A stretch of DNA of 64,000 nucleotides from Azolla caroliniana (taxonomy: Eukaryota > Plantae > Polypodiophyta). Below the pieces are notes generated by a model, which was given only the letters and a program-made list of their open reading frames with translations, was not told the origin of the DNA and searched no databases. Within the stretch, counting starts at the first letter, position 1; each line of letters starts with the position of its first letter. This document shows, one piece after another, positions 38,051-50,239 of the stretch. A program made the translations under genes and the position numbers. The stretch is taken from the NCBI GenBank assembly GCA_043228905.1, contig JBHGNT010000010.1, positions 17,980,001 to 18,044,000 on the forward strand, written 5' to 3'.

Positions 38051-38953
38051 ACGTGCACATTGCACCTTCTCGATTTCGTTCGTTGCACACAATTTTCACA
38101 CCGTTGCCGAAAATCTTCACGTCACCGGCAAGCTTGATTTTACTCTCGCCAAGGACAAGTTCTTCCCTTCTGGTTCGGCGTTTCCCAACGTGACTACCAA
38201 CGTCTCCCAGCTATCCGGAAGGGATCCGAGTAGTAACAATGCTAGTACCTCGTCGGCTACCGGTACTTCGAGTGCCCTTGGAAGGCATTCATATGCTCCG
38301 CCATACTGGAGGCATCCTGATATCTGAGTCTCACTATTTTTCGAAATACAGAAACTCGATTCACAACATTCTTGTTCTCTAGCATAGTGTCAATCTTCAC
38401 CTAGAGTTCATGAGCCTTGTTCCCTTCATTGAAGTTATTGTACAAGCTCATGTTGATGAAGCAATGAATGTATGTCGTTGTCTTCAGATGCATTACCTCC
38501 CAGGTCTCGACATTGATCTTGTCCAGTCTTTTATCTCCAAATTGTACCGGCAACCAGAGATCGTTTAACCACTAGGATGTTCCTCATCTTCAACTTCCAC
38601 ACTGGGTAGTTGGAGACGGTGAACTTGAACATGCGCAACCGAATGACTCTTCCATTTTCTTCTTTTGTTTGAATTTTAGAACTTTGCTCTGATATCAGTT
38701 TGAAGAGAATCGCACTCGAGCACAATTGAGTTTCAAACACTAATGGAAGATTAACAAAGAATAGGAACAATACACTTACACAAACAACGAGATGGCACTA
38801 GATACTTACGTGGAAAACCTTGAAAGGCAAAACCATGAGAGTTCACAAACTTTGAACAAGATCACTATAGGGGAGAGGTACAACAATGCAAGACTCGGAA
38901 GCAATGACCTTGAGCTCTGTCTTCGCCAACCGGCAATTACAACAGAAAGTCTT

Positions 38954-39006
<53 letters not shown>

Positions 39007-39459
39007 ATTACAAGAAAATAATACCACAACACACAAGCTTACTATTTCCCTAGTTATATTTATACATATATAACTGTAGGAGTTTTTACAAATGTGGACT
39101 CAATAGTCACATTGGAACATATTTACTAATATGTCCTCACTTCCGGTTCACACTGGATCCATCCAATCCGGTTTCTTCCTCTGGCTTGTCCAATTCCCAT
39201 CTGGAGGGATCGTTTTCCCAACACGATCCTCACTGGGAATTGGAATTGGAACAACAACAGGCGAAGGAGTGCAGGTGAAGCGGTCGACTCGACTTCTTCT
39301 ATCATGAGAGGGTAAATAGTTGAGGTTGACCCAAAACACAGCGATAGTGCTAGCGAGAAACCGACACGATCCCCACCAGAAAAGTGAGTGGTTGTCCATG
39401 ACAACCTACATCCTTTTCATCAAAATGCAAAAAGGAGTAGTACACTCCCACACACACGT

Positions 39460-40278
39460 TGTCGTGATGTGGATAATGTATGGGAGGAAATAAATTAAAT
39501 TAGGAATATTAAAAAAGTTGAATGATAGATCGAGGGGGTGGTAAGAATGGACATTATGATTACCTTTTTACTAGCATTCCGCACCAAGAGGGAATAATGC
39601 ATGCAAGTGAAAAATAAAAAAGCGTGGTGTGTGCTAAAATAAATAAATAACCGCCAAGAGGGAAAAACATGGTTAAGGCTAACATAAAAAAACACCCACT
39701 AATTTTGTTTGTGAGAAAGTTTCTTATTTTCTTCTTCTTCATGAATTTTAGGGTTCTTAGTTCTTGTTTTATTTTTGAAAATTACCATTGTTGTAATCAT
39801 TTACCCCAAAATCTTGTAAATCCTAATTTATAAAGGGAATTTATTTCTTAATCTAGCATTTTTGGCCTACAAAGTGGCAATTTTGAACTTAATATTGTGA
39901 AACCCCTTCATAATCTCATGTTTTTTGGGCTAATTGAGTGTTTCGTTCTTAACCTCACACATTAATTGTTGTTTGAATCATTGCTCTCCCTTCGACTCTG
40001 GCTTACCTTTGATTCTGTCTTACTTTGGAATATTGTCTTTGACTCTGCTTTACCTTCGATTCTGTCTTCCCTTCGATTTTAAAGATGTTTTGACTCTAGA
40101 GAGCCTTCGACTTTAGCAAGCCTTCGAGTTTGAGGAACCTTCAACTCTCAAGAGCCTTCGTGTCTGAGGAGCCATCGACTCTCAAGGGCCTTCAAGTCAC
40201 CTAACATCTCATCCTCTTTGGTTCAAGTCCTCGGTGGTCTCGCTAGGATTTCAGACGCACATGTGTAACTTGGCGACA
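39460..40278 (+). mobile_element. Solo LTR (819 bp) of the Trp-Gypsy clan with internal ~17-bp tandem repeats
   Basis: TGTCGTGA...GGCGACA; flanks ACGT/ACAT; GAGCCTTCGACTCTCAA-like units at ~40090-40195. Confidence 0.75.
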
Positions 40279-40985
40279 ACATGCCAAGATTCAAACTCTA
40301 GACACATGTACCTTAACAATTAGGGTATTAACTTCTTGTTGTTATATCTTTTATTTATTGTGGATGTCCCTTTCCCCCCTTTTTCTCTCTTCTTCCCTTT
40401 TGGACCAGGGAGCTACCATTTGACAACACTTATAATTGTATGTAAAAACATGTGCATGTGAGGAAATGATCCCAATGATCCCCACATGCGACAACATCTA
40501 ACAATTCCACATGAGAATGCCTTTCTATTGGGGCGAAAGCCCAACTCGGCTAGTGTATTATGTTTGTCTTGGTGTGAAACCTAGGGTGTGTGAGAGAAAG
40601 AGTGAGTAGAACTTAGGGGAAAAGATTAACATGGGATCCAAGGGGTTGGCTTTGGTCACACTCCTTGGAGGAAAAGATCATAAAGGTCCCCTTTTTTGAG
40701 TACTCAGTAAAACTTGGAAGATCATTACTGCTCTCTCAGAATGTAAAGATACTAGCAGCTCAGAAACATTGGACCAATTAGGGTGTTTCCACTTTGCATT
40801 TGAGAACCTATTGGAAATGGATATGGTCATTCAAGGGGCCAACTAAATTTATTCTCTTTCAATGATTATTAGTGCATATGGTTCTTAGGAGTAATCCTGA
40901 AGCTTCTAGAATGTTCCAGAGAAATCTGGAATATACATTAATTTCCTATAATAAAATGTAAATGAAAATAATATCCTACGTATTA

Positions 40986-41056
40986 CAATAGATGATATAA
41001 TGGTCAAGAGCTCGACTCATATAACCTAAGGTCATGGGTTCGAGTCTTGCCATATC
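40986..41056 (+). ncRNA. tRNA-derived Pol III cassette at the LTR U3 edge (antisense to the element); matching copy at ~45327-45397
   Basis: A-box-like TGATATAATGG; B box GGTTCGAGTC; shares AGGTCATGGGTTC with the cassette at 20836-20906. Confidence 0.65.
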
Positions 41057-44000
41057 ATGACACTATCCCCCCTTTGAAACGACGAGTGTCACGAGTCGTT
41101 TTGGATGGATTGTGTGGATATTGACGATGGAAGTCTTCAAGAAGCGCACGAGCATTGGTCACATTCTCGATCGGTTCCCAAGTACGTTCGCTGGGACTAT
41201 AGCCTAGCCAATCGACTAGATAGTAGAGCTTGTTGTGAACAATCATGGAATCAAGGATGGCGGCAACCTCGTACTCTGGTCCATCTTCAAGCTCGATCGG
41301 GGGTGGAGGTTGTATAATACGTCCTGGGATGGTGCTCTCGTGATAGGGTTCGAGGAGAGAACTATGAAACACCGGATGTATCCGAAGTTGAGTAGGTAGA
41401 TCAAGACGAAAAGCGACATCATTAATCTTTCTGATAATACGGAAAGGACCTAATCGCCGATAATCCAACTTCTCACATGGGCGAGTAGTCCTGATGTGTC
41501 GTCGTAGCAGCCACACCCGATCTCCAATGTTAAAACTAGATGGACTTCGATGACGATCCGCGTAGACCTTGTGTGTTTGTTGAGCTTGCTAGAGATGAGT
41601 AGATAAATCTTCTTGTATCTTGCGTAACTGCTCCAAACGATTTCTGCGCAAGGATTTGTGGACACCTCTGGGGTTTCAAGTACACTCCACTGAGGGTGAG
41701 ATCCCGTATAAGCATAAAATGGCGTAACTTTAGTCGATGTGTGGATAGAGTTATTATAGGCAAATTCAGCGAAGTGGAGAATATCTGCCCAATTATCCTG
41801 ATGATAGCTGAGAAAGCACCGCAGATACTGCTCCAACGTTTGATTTGTTCGTTCGGCTTGGTTGTCGGTTTGTGGGTGGTAGCCGGAGGAGAGGTTACAA
41901 GTGACCTTGAGCATTTTAAAAAGGTGCTTCCAGAATTTTGACACGAACTGGGGTCCACGGTCGCCGACGATACTATCGGGAAGTTCATGATGCCGACATA
42001 CTTAACGCATGACAATTTCAGCGGTGTCTTCACTGGAGATTTCCTTAGTACATGGCAAGAAATGAGCCATCTTCGTATATTGATCTACCACTGTTAGAAT
42101 TGCATTGAACCCCTTAGAGACTGGAAGATCTGTGATGAAGTCGAGAGCAATGGATTGCCACGGCTTGCTTGGAATTGGTAATGGTTCTAATAAACCATAT
42201 GGATGATGCCTTGGCATTTTCGCTCTGCAGCATGTATCACAAGTCCAAACAAAATCTTCGACAAATTGTCGCATACGGGGCCACCAGAATGATCGTTGTA
42301 CTAAATCTAATATTTTAGTACTACCAAAATGCCCAGTTGTATATGTGTCATGACAGTTTTGTACTACTCGAAGGTGGCAAGAACCATTAGGAACATACAA
42401 AAGTTCTTTAAAGAAGAGTAATCCATCATGGTATTTGAATTGCCGATAGTCCGTACCTGGTGGTTGTGACTGTGAACACGACGCTCGAGAGGGATCAATT
42501 TGTGCTAGTATAGCTTGGGCGAAAGCATCTGTCTTCAGGTCCGCATGTATGATATTGATAACGTGGGAATTCATGGGCATGCCAAAAACCTATGTTGCTT
42601 GCAGTCATGCTGGTCCCAAGATTACTTGCTTTTGGTTATCAAAAGTCGGCTTGTCGAGACGCGGTGTTAGATACGAACGCCGTGATAATGCATCTGCCTT
42701 CCCTTGGTGCTTCCCCGGACGATATGTAATTTTGAAGTCGAAACGCGTGAGGAAGTGGGCCCACCGAGCTTGACGTCGATTTAACACACGAGCATCCTGA
42801 AAGTAGGCAAGGTTTTTATGGTCACTGAATATGATGACTTGATGAGAGGATCCCTCTAAAAAATGCCTCCATTGCATAAACGAGTCCACTATTGCCAATA
42901 GCTCCGTATCATGGAGATTTGGAATGTCGAATGAATCCATTCTCCAAATTCTCCTCTATATAGGCTCGAAGGACTTCTAGCTCGGTTGGTGACAAATTGT
43001 AGATCGGTCCCCATGGTGGCTCTTTCCCCGGTTGTAAATCGATGGGGTAATCATATGGTCGATGGTGAGGAAGCGTATTGGCTCGTACTTTATGGAATAC
43101 ATCGGCATAATGATGATAATTCTTTGGAAGTTGAACGGTGGACTCATCTTTAATGGTGTCAGAGGGTTTTAGTGATATTGCGAAGAGAAAGATTTCTTCC
43201 TTGCGTCCTTCTTCCCGCAACTGATGTAGTGAAATGGTGGCAATCTTCTCAGTAGATCCTCGGGTTTGTCGACACTGGATTTCTCTTGTTCTCCAATCTA
43301 TGTCTGGGTTATGTAACTCGAACCATGGTAATCCCAAAACGATGGGATGTTCTGGGATACTAATAATGTTAAATGATACTACACATGCTAAGTTATCTAG
43401 GACAATATTAACCGGTTCTGACTCTTCTATGATATTTCCGAAAGCAATGGGACGACCATCAATGACGACTACAGAGGTTGGACACGGGAGTTTTCTAAGA
43501 GATATCTGATGAGCTTGGGAAAAATTCCTATCCATAAAGCAAGAATTAGCTCTGGGGTCTAGAAGTGCTAAGACATGTACTGGAGGGGTACTTTTAGTAC
43601 TAACTATTACTTGGGCTATGAACACATTGCTAACTTGCTTAGAGGGAATGGAGCCACTAATGGGCTGCACAAATCTAGGGCTGTCCAACCAAACGACTCC
43701 TATTTTGGCTGGACTTAGTCGTTTAACTCTTCTTCTAACTGACTAAGGACATCAAATTTGTTCGCTAGATCTAGGCTATTAGTACTATTAGTACTATCAG
43801 ATATCCCTACTGTAATAGGCTCGGGTTTAGTACAATTAGAACTAGCAACTATTTGGTTTACCTGTCTTCTTGGCCTATGGGGACAATTTATTGCAATGTG
43901 TCCTGGTCCACCGTAGTAGAGACATAGTCGATTTGTTCGGCGAAGCTGCTTTTCTTCTTCGGATAATGGTCCTCGACGACATGTAGTGCCAATCTCCATC

Positions 44001-45212
44001 GGAGTCGGAGTATTCACTGGAGGCGCATTATAGTACTCCCTGGGTAAAGGTTTTGCTACCATTGAGGCGTAGGTGGGCTCTGATCTTGCCCTCGACATCT
44101 GTAGCTGTCGTTCCAAACGTCGCTCAAAGAGGCGGTTATCACATCTCACTGCGCAACTGATTGCTTCTGTTAAGGACTTTGTCTCTTCAGGGAAAGTCAA
44201 GAGTAAATCCTTGACATCGTTGTGTAAACCATAATGAAATTGCTCCATCAACGCTTGATCATCCCAAGGGATGTCAGCGGCGAATAGGCGGAAATCTACA
44301 GCGTATGCGGAGGCTGAATGGTCTCCTTGGCATAATTGCCGGATTTTGTTGATTGCAGTCCTTATGCTGTCAGTATCCCCAAAGCATGCTTTAAACTCAC
44401 CTATAAACTCTTCAAAGTTGTTGAGTAATGGAGACTCCTTTTCCAATAGTGGAGCGAACCATGCCAACGCTGAGCCACTTAACAACATCCCTACTAAACT
44501 CACTCGTGATGTATCGGTAGGATATCGGGAAGGATGCATTTGAATAACTAATCATACCTGATTAAGGAACCCTCTAAACTGCGATCGTGTTCCATCGAAC
44601 TTCGTGGGAAGGCCAATCTTGGGTTCCTTATGAATCCCTTGTGTTCAGGGGCCTTGTTGTTGCATCGCTACAATGGTTGCTTCGAGTTGTTGCACGCGTA
44701 ATGCAAGTTCCCCATGTTGTTGTTGTGTTTGCTACTTTTCTAAGGAGATTTGTTGAAGATCCCCCATCAACCGTTGATTTTCTTGTTCCAAAGCAAGGAA
44801 CTTCTCTTTCAAGCATTGAAACTCCGAGAAAACAGATTGATATTCCCGAGCGCTAATTGTGGCCATGGGATGAAAAGAAAAGAGGAATAAGAGATTAGTA
44901 TGAAGGGAGGGAGACAGAAGGGAAAATTGGTTCAAATTGTCATGAATAGTACTAAACAGAGAGAGGATTAGTACTAAATAGAGAGAGAATTAGTCCTAGA
45001 GAAGGGAAGTACTATTAGAACTAAGAGGACGGGACTGCGGAAGACTCCCGAGAGAGGAAGAGAGAAGAGGAGAGACAGAGATAGCGAGGACGAGAGAGAG
45101 AGAGAGATGATGATAACAAATTATATATTATAAGAAGAGTAAGTACAAAAGGGCTATGAGGCTAAAGACTGGCGTTGAACCAATTTGGTTCAACATAATG
45201 CCTAGTGCCCTC

Positions 45213-45257
45213 TTTTATAGTGTTCTCAGGAGTAATCTTGAAGCTTCTAGAATGTCC
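45213..45257 (-). promoter_or_regulatory. LTR promoter: heat-shock element plus TATA box
   Basis: GAAgcTTCtaGAAtgTCC (45240-45257; perfect GAAgcTTCtaGAAtgTTC at 40899-40916) lies ~20 bp upstream of minus-strand TATAAAA (45213-45219). Confidence 0.7.
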
Positions 45258-46974
45258 CAGAGAAATCTGGAATATACATTAATTTCCTATAATAAAATGT
45301 AAATGAAAATAATATTCTACGTATTACAATAGATGATATAATGGTCAAGAGCTCGACTCATATAACCTAAGGTCATGGGTTCGAGTCTTGCCATATCATG
45401 ACAACCAGTTGGTCATGCATTGAAAGGGAATGTGACACCCAATTTGCGCAATGTGCCATTTGCCATGAACCTCAAGAGACTACCAAGCATGTCTTATGGT
45501 CTTGTTCTTTTGCTCGACAAGTATGGAAGAAAGTCGTGTCTTTATTCCTAACAATAAATGTAGGTTGCTTATTCTCATGGGGATCAACTATGTGGGGAGT
45601 ACTACACTCCGGTTTAATGTTGTATGAGGCAAACGATGTTCATGAGGCAATGTCAATACATAATAGAAGATTGATGTTAGTTAGTCCCTTCCAGCAACCT
45701 CGAAAGCAGGTGCGATCTGTCCAAATTTGGAAAACTGTGTCCACAATAACATTATGTGTATTATAGAAATATCGATTTAACCGACTTTATGATGGGGTAG
45801 ACATTCATCTCTCAGATGTGTTGTTTGAGTTATGGGAGAACTTGCTGGCTGTAGTCCGTGGTCAGTATGACAATATGCAGGGTTCCCCAGATACTGTGAA
45901 CAAGAAAAGGAAAAAGCTTCTTCACTTATGGAAAAAGGTGCCCCTGTTTACAATGGTAGCTCAAGAGCCTCAATGACAATATCGACTTCCATGGAGTCCC
46001 TCTTTGAATATCAACAAATGTAAACATCCTCGTATTTTATATCATTGTATAAAGAAACTTGTAACCTTCTTGGTAGCTAGGTTCAAGTTGTATGGGCGTT
46101 TTGTTCTTAATACTATTGAAGAAAATCTTTTATAGAAAAAAAAAAGAGTGAGTAGAACTCAATGCATAGTGAGTGTCCCACAAGCAAGAGTCCTCACCTC
46201 CCTATTGTATATCTCCCTCATCTTTTATATCATTGAACATATTATATCATCTTTTATATCATTGAACAATAAAGAGTGTGTTACTCTAATTCGTGTACAA
46301 ATTGATATCTTGTTCACGTAACACACTTGAGCACAGACCTAGCACTCACTTCTTTGTTTGACTTGTTAATCTCAACTTTGTAACATTGGTTTTCACCCTA
46401 TATTTACCATGAATCATGAACGCATTATGCATATTTCAATTGCGTTGCAACCCCCACTATTATAAAACTTGGAATAAAATCTCCCCTTCATCATATTTGA
46501 ACCTTGCCGAGGCATAACATAACAACAGGATAACACTTGCCAAATATTAGAATTGAACAAAAGAAGCATGTGGTTTACCCCAATTGTCAACCTTAGTCGT
46601 CATTTGTTGGAGGCTAAACCTAATTATGGGAGCCCATCAACTATGACCCTCCATATGAATACCTTTGCATGAAATGGCAATTGGAACCATGTTGCAATAT
46701 TTTCCACCACCTTGCAACTGACTTACATTCCATATGTTTTCTACTTTGGGTGATAACCAAGACAATGATGTCGTTGAATGATGATGCAATATATTTGTAG
46801 TGACCTTTAATAAGTTTATGCTACCCACCAACCTACCCAAGGAGCACCATTTACTTTCATTGGCAAATATCCATGCAAGAATGACATTTTTTGTTATTGT
46901 TTCTATAGTTAAAGCTTAAGCCCCCCTTCTCTCTCTTCTTGTTTATATTAAATTTGCTACTTGTAAGTTAAGGC

Positions 46975-47572
46975 AAAATCATCAAGATCCGTTTCGAAAG
47001 AGGCTTGCAGCCCACATCCCCTAGGTTTCCAGAAATCTGGATGCTGATCGCAGGTTTCACCTTGTGGTATATATGGAAAACGCGTTGCCTCAAGGTTTTC
47101 CAAGGTACGGTACGGCCCCCGGAGGAAGTGATCATGGACATATGGTTCGCGATTATCAGCTGCCTACGAGGGCAACTGGAAGAGATTTGCAGCCACTCCA
47201 ACGACGTGGTCTCTGCCCGTTTGCGCTTTTGGCAAAAATGGCGGAACACACCTATGGTGATGCAAGGCGGGAGTGGCCCGAGGTGGAATTACTAGCCCCC
47301 ACGCTGGTTGTTTCCTACTCACCTGCCACCCTCTCTTCGTTGTAGGCCCCAAGAGCCGACTCGTACTAGGCAACATTGAAGGGCATCGCCTTAGATATAG
47401 GTAGCTTCTTACATTAAGTTAGGTCGCAAGGCATTGTTAGTAGGCTCATCTTCTTTTACTTGATCGGAGGAAGACTCCCCGAAGTGTGTATAAGTCTCCT
47501 TGTAGACTCTCTATGTAATAATCCTTCCTAACTAATGGGAAAGTAACTTCATTTTGGAAAGAAAAAAAAAAA
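46975..47572 (+). mobile_element. L1-like LINE 3' fragment with poly-A
   Basis: IWMLIAGFTLWYIWKTRCLKVF C-terminal LINE ORF2 motif; A-tail ~47558-47572. Confidence 0.8.
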
Positions 47573-47944
47573 GATTCTAATCATTGTGTCTTTAATAATT
47601 TGTAATACTTTAGCATACTAATGGAAGCTAAAACTATTCAGTGATTCGTTATCTCTTCATTCAATCTTTTGAGTGTGTGGAACATTATAAAGTCTTTTGG
47701 GTTAAGTAAAAGGTCTTATCTTATGTGTTTATTAAGTTGTACCTCCAATGGTTAATCATCACTTTTTAATTAATTTCTTTTTAATTCTCATCATGATTAA
47801 CATTAGTAAATCACGATTAGTGAGCCCTAGTGTTCACAGTTTTTTTAACATTCATTTTCAAAAAACATTTCCCTTCTACCAATTAATCACGAGTAGTGGT
47901 TAATCGTTTTAATAATCCATTTGCTTAATGATAGATCTAACTAC

Positions 47945-48060
47945 CAATTAATCATAAGGGAAATTATATCAATGAATTTTGTTATTAACCTTCCTCGCAC
48001 TCAAAAAGACCATGATATTTGGGTTGTCGTTGATAGATTAACTAAGTTGGTCAGATTTGT
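47945..48060 (+). mobile_element. Short Gypsy integrase relic
   Basis: ISMNFVINLPRT..IWVVVDRLTKLVRF. Confidence 0.7.
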
Positions 48061-48821
48061 ATGTATCTCTCTATCCCTGCCTTTGCCTTTGCAATTGTCT
48101 CTCTTTATCTTTATTTGTATGTGATCCAATGATGCCCTAATTTGCGCTCAACTCTATTCATGTGCTACGACCAATAGTGGAGGATCCTCGGTGGATTGAT
48201 AACAAGGATGGAAGCACATTTATGTGAATTAGATGTTGAGGTCATACGAATATATTATTAACATTTCCTACATACACCCATACCAAACCATAAATTCTAC
48301 AAGAGTATGAATCCACATTCATAATGATTTCATATTAATCCATACATTGCACATGAGTACGAATCCAAATACCTAATGATCAGAGGATGGAAACAATACC
48401 TATGTTGGCAGATGATAACGCCATTCACAAAGTTTAACTTATGCTATCACAACACACACTATAAGTGACAAAATGTTCACATATATCTAATTAGTCAAAA
48501 ACATGAGGTGATGGAGATAGAACCATTTGCAACTGAGATTATCCACGATGACACACTTCATCATACATCGAACTAGGTAGATCTTCAAAAAAATTATATT
48601 TTACACTAATGGGAAACCATAAATAACTTTTGTACACAAGGCAATGAGGATAGAACCATTCACACCTTAGGCTCTCAACAACAAAAATGCTTACACATCC
48701 AGCTATTTTGACGTACACTTGAAAATTTATACATTTCACATTGGATGTCAAGCCATGGACACTTGTGCTCACACACACACAAGGTGACGAGAGAAGGAAC
48801 AATTTCACACCCACCATTAAA

Positions 48822-49983
48822 CTAGAAGTTCCATAAGGGTATATTGAATCCTTGATGGAGGTGTTGAAATGATACATGATGGTCATCATTATCATCATGA
48901 TTATCAACACCATTGTCATACAAATGATGAGTATCAAATAAAATATCCTCTTGTTCTCCACCAATGATCATGATTTGTTGGTCTAACACATCATCATTGA
49001 GGTGTTGGGCCAAGGCATGGTCACAACCATGACTATTACTAGCATTATCAATGGAATGCAAAGTATTACTATTACTATTATACCATGGCTTCTTCATGTC
49101 ACAACTAATACTCTCATAGGGTTGATCATCTTGATCAATTAGTATGTCATTGTTATAATTTGTTTTTATAAGTATAACCTTCCCTTGATAATTAGCTTTT
49201 GCTTTTTGCTTCATAGTGAAGTCTAGTTCTCTAGTAGTTTTGCTACCATAATCCATACAAGCCCACCTATCCAATGTATCATCACCATCACCATCCATCC
49301 TAATGTTTTTGTGTGACACCTTTGATCCGTCGTGCACATCACTGCGATGATTTGGTAAACTCTCCAAAATGCCCGACTTCGGCTTCTCATGAACCCACCC
49401 ATCACAAGCATTTGAGTCATGTTCAGACACTAAATACGACGGCATGGATTTCGGAATGCACGACTCGGATGCGGCCCGGACATTCGCTGGCTCCGACTTT
49501 GATCCTTGCACTTGGTTCGACCAGCATTTCGAATTATATCCCGGCACAACCCCCAAATTACCAATGACACTTTGAGCAGTGTGTCCATCGGCCCCTTGCG
49601 CACCCAACTCCAATTCCGATGCTTCATTCAACCAGCAATTCATGTACATTTCTGACAATATGGTGGACATGTTATGATTGGGTGGATGATTATGTGTGAA
49701 ATTGAGCTTGGCTTTACTCCCTTTGATTCGTCTGGCGGCATCATCGTAGGCTCGGGCTGCGTCCTCCGGTGTGTGGAATGTGCCGAGCCAGATGCGTCCT
49801 CCTTTGGCCGGGTCCCGTATCTCAGCCGCGTATTTCCCCCACGGCCGCCGCCGGATACCCCGGTACCCGTGCTTCCTCTTCTTCTTCCTTGTGGAAGGCT
49901 TGCTAGTGTTTGCATTATTTCCTAGCATTGACAACAAAATGTTCATGTTTTGTTAAATTTATGCATGTATGAATGTGTGTGTA

Positions 49984-50057
<74 letters not shown>

Positions 50058-50239
50058 GATGTAAACTTACTTGCTTGGAAGAGGTAATAGGTGTTGATTA
50101 GTTTATTCAAAGAATGGGGATCATTTATGACTACTTCATTGAGTAGATGGTCATCCACTCCAAGATCACTTAACTTGTAGCCAATATTCATTGATGTATC
50201 ACTAGTAGCAGCAGTAGTAGTGGTAGTACAACTTAACAT
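48822..50239 (-). CDS. AP2/ERF transcription factor (ERF subfamily, group VII-like domain); exons 50239-50071 and 49921-48822
   Basis: AP2 domain [56 protein letters not shown], preceded by basic RKKKRK; phase-1 GTAAGT..TAG intron (50070-49922, contains an AC microsatellite) keeps the frame. Confidence 0.9.
49976..50051. repeat. (TG)n microsatellite in the ERF intron
   Basis: Read directly from the sequence. Confidence 0.95.

Larger units (their letters stand above)
33652..38124 (-). mobile_element. Non-autonomous gag-only LTR element (TR-GAG-like) of the tRNA-Trp Gypsy clan
   Basis: LTRs 33652-34393 and 36683-38124 (the latter split by a solo LTR); Trp PBS 36658-36675; PPT ~34394-34405; flanks CCAG/CCGG; no RT or integrase. 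Confidence 0.9.
31760..39223 (-). mobile_element. Degenerate Copia element hosting the nested insertion 33652-38124: 5' LTR 38701-39223, PBS 38686-38697, gag 38125-38650, knuckle/PR/INT/RT pieces 31760-33651
   Basis: LTR TGTTGGGAAA.. on minus strand; PBS TGATATCAGAGC (iMet, 1 mismatch); CIYCGKPGHFQKSC; WVVDFEASFH; VWHKRLCHMS; VHTDVC; LYLDDMLI. Confidence 0.85.
40881..45403 (-). mobile_element. Tcn1/Tf1-like chromovirus with RT deleted: 5' LTR 44938-45403, partial 3' LTR 40881-41062, gag, PR, RNase H end, integrase, chromodomain
   Basis: TIR TGTCATGA/TCATGACA; PPT 41063-41076; gag 43715-44866; PR 42909-43688; RT start (FIRHSKSP) joined directly to RNase H (HDTELLAIV); DFITDLP and AERTNQTLEQYLR integrase motifs; chromodomain EYEVAAILDS..YLVDWLGY..TWEP. 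Confidence 0.93.
40614..46142 (+). mobile_element. 5'-truncated L1-like LINE (zf-RVT region and poly-A), interrupted by a chromovirus
   Basis: 17-bp TSD AAAGAGTGAGTAGAACT (40597-40613, 46143-46159); YWKWIWSFKGPTK..LLVHMVL|PVG reads across the insertion; CAIC..ETTKHVLWSC; A-tail. Confidence 0.85.
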
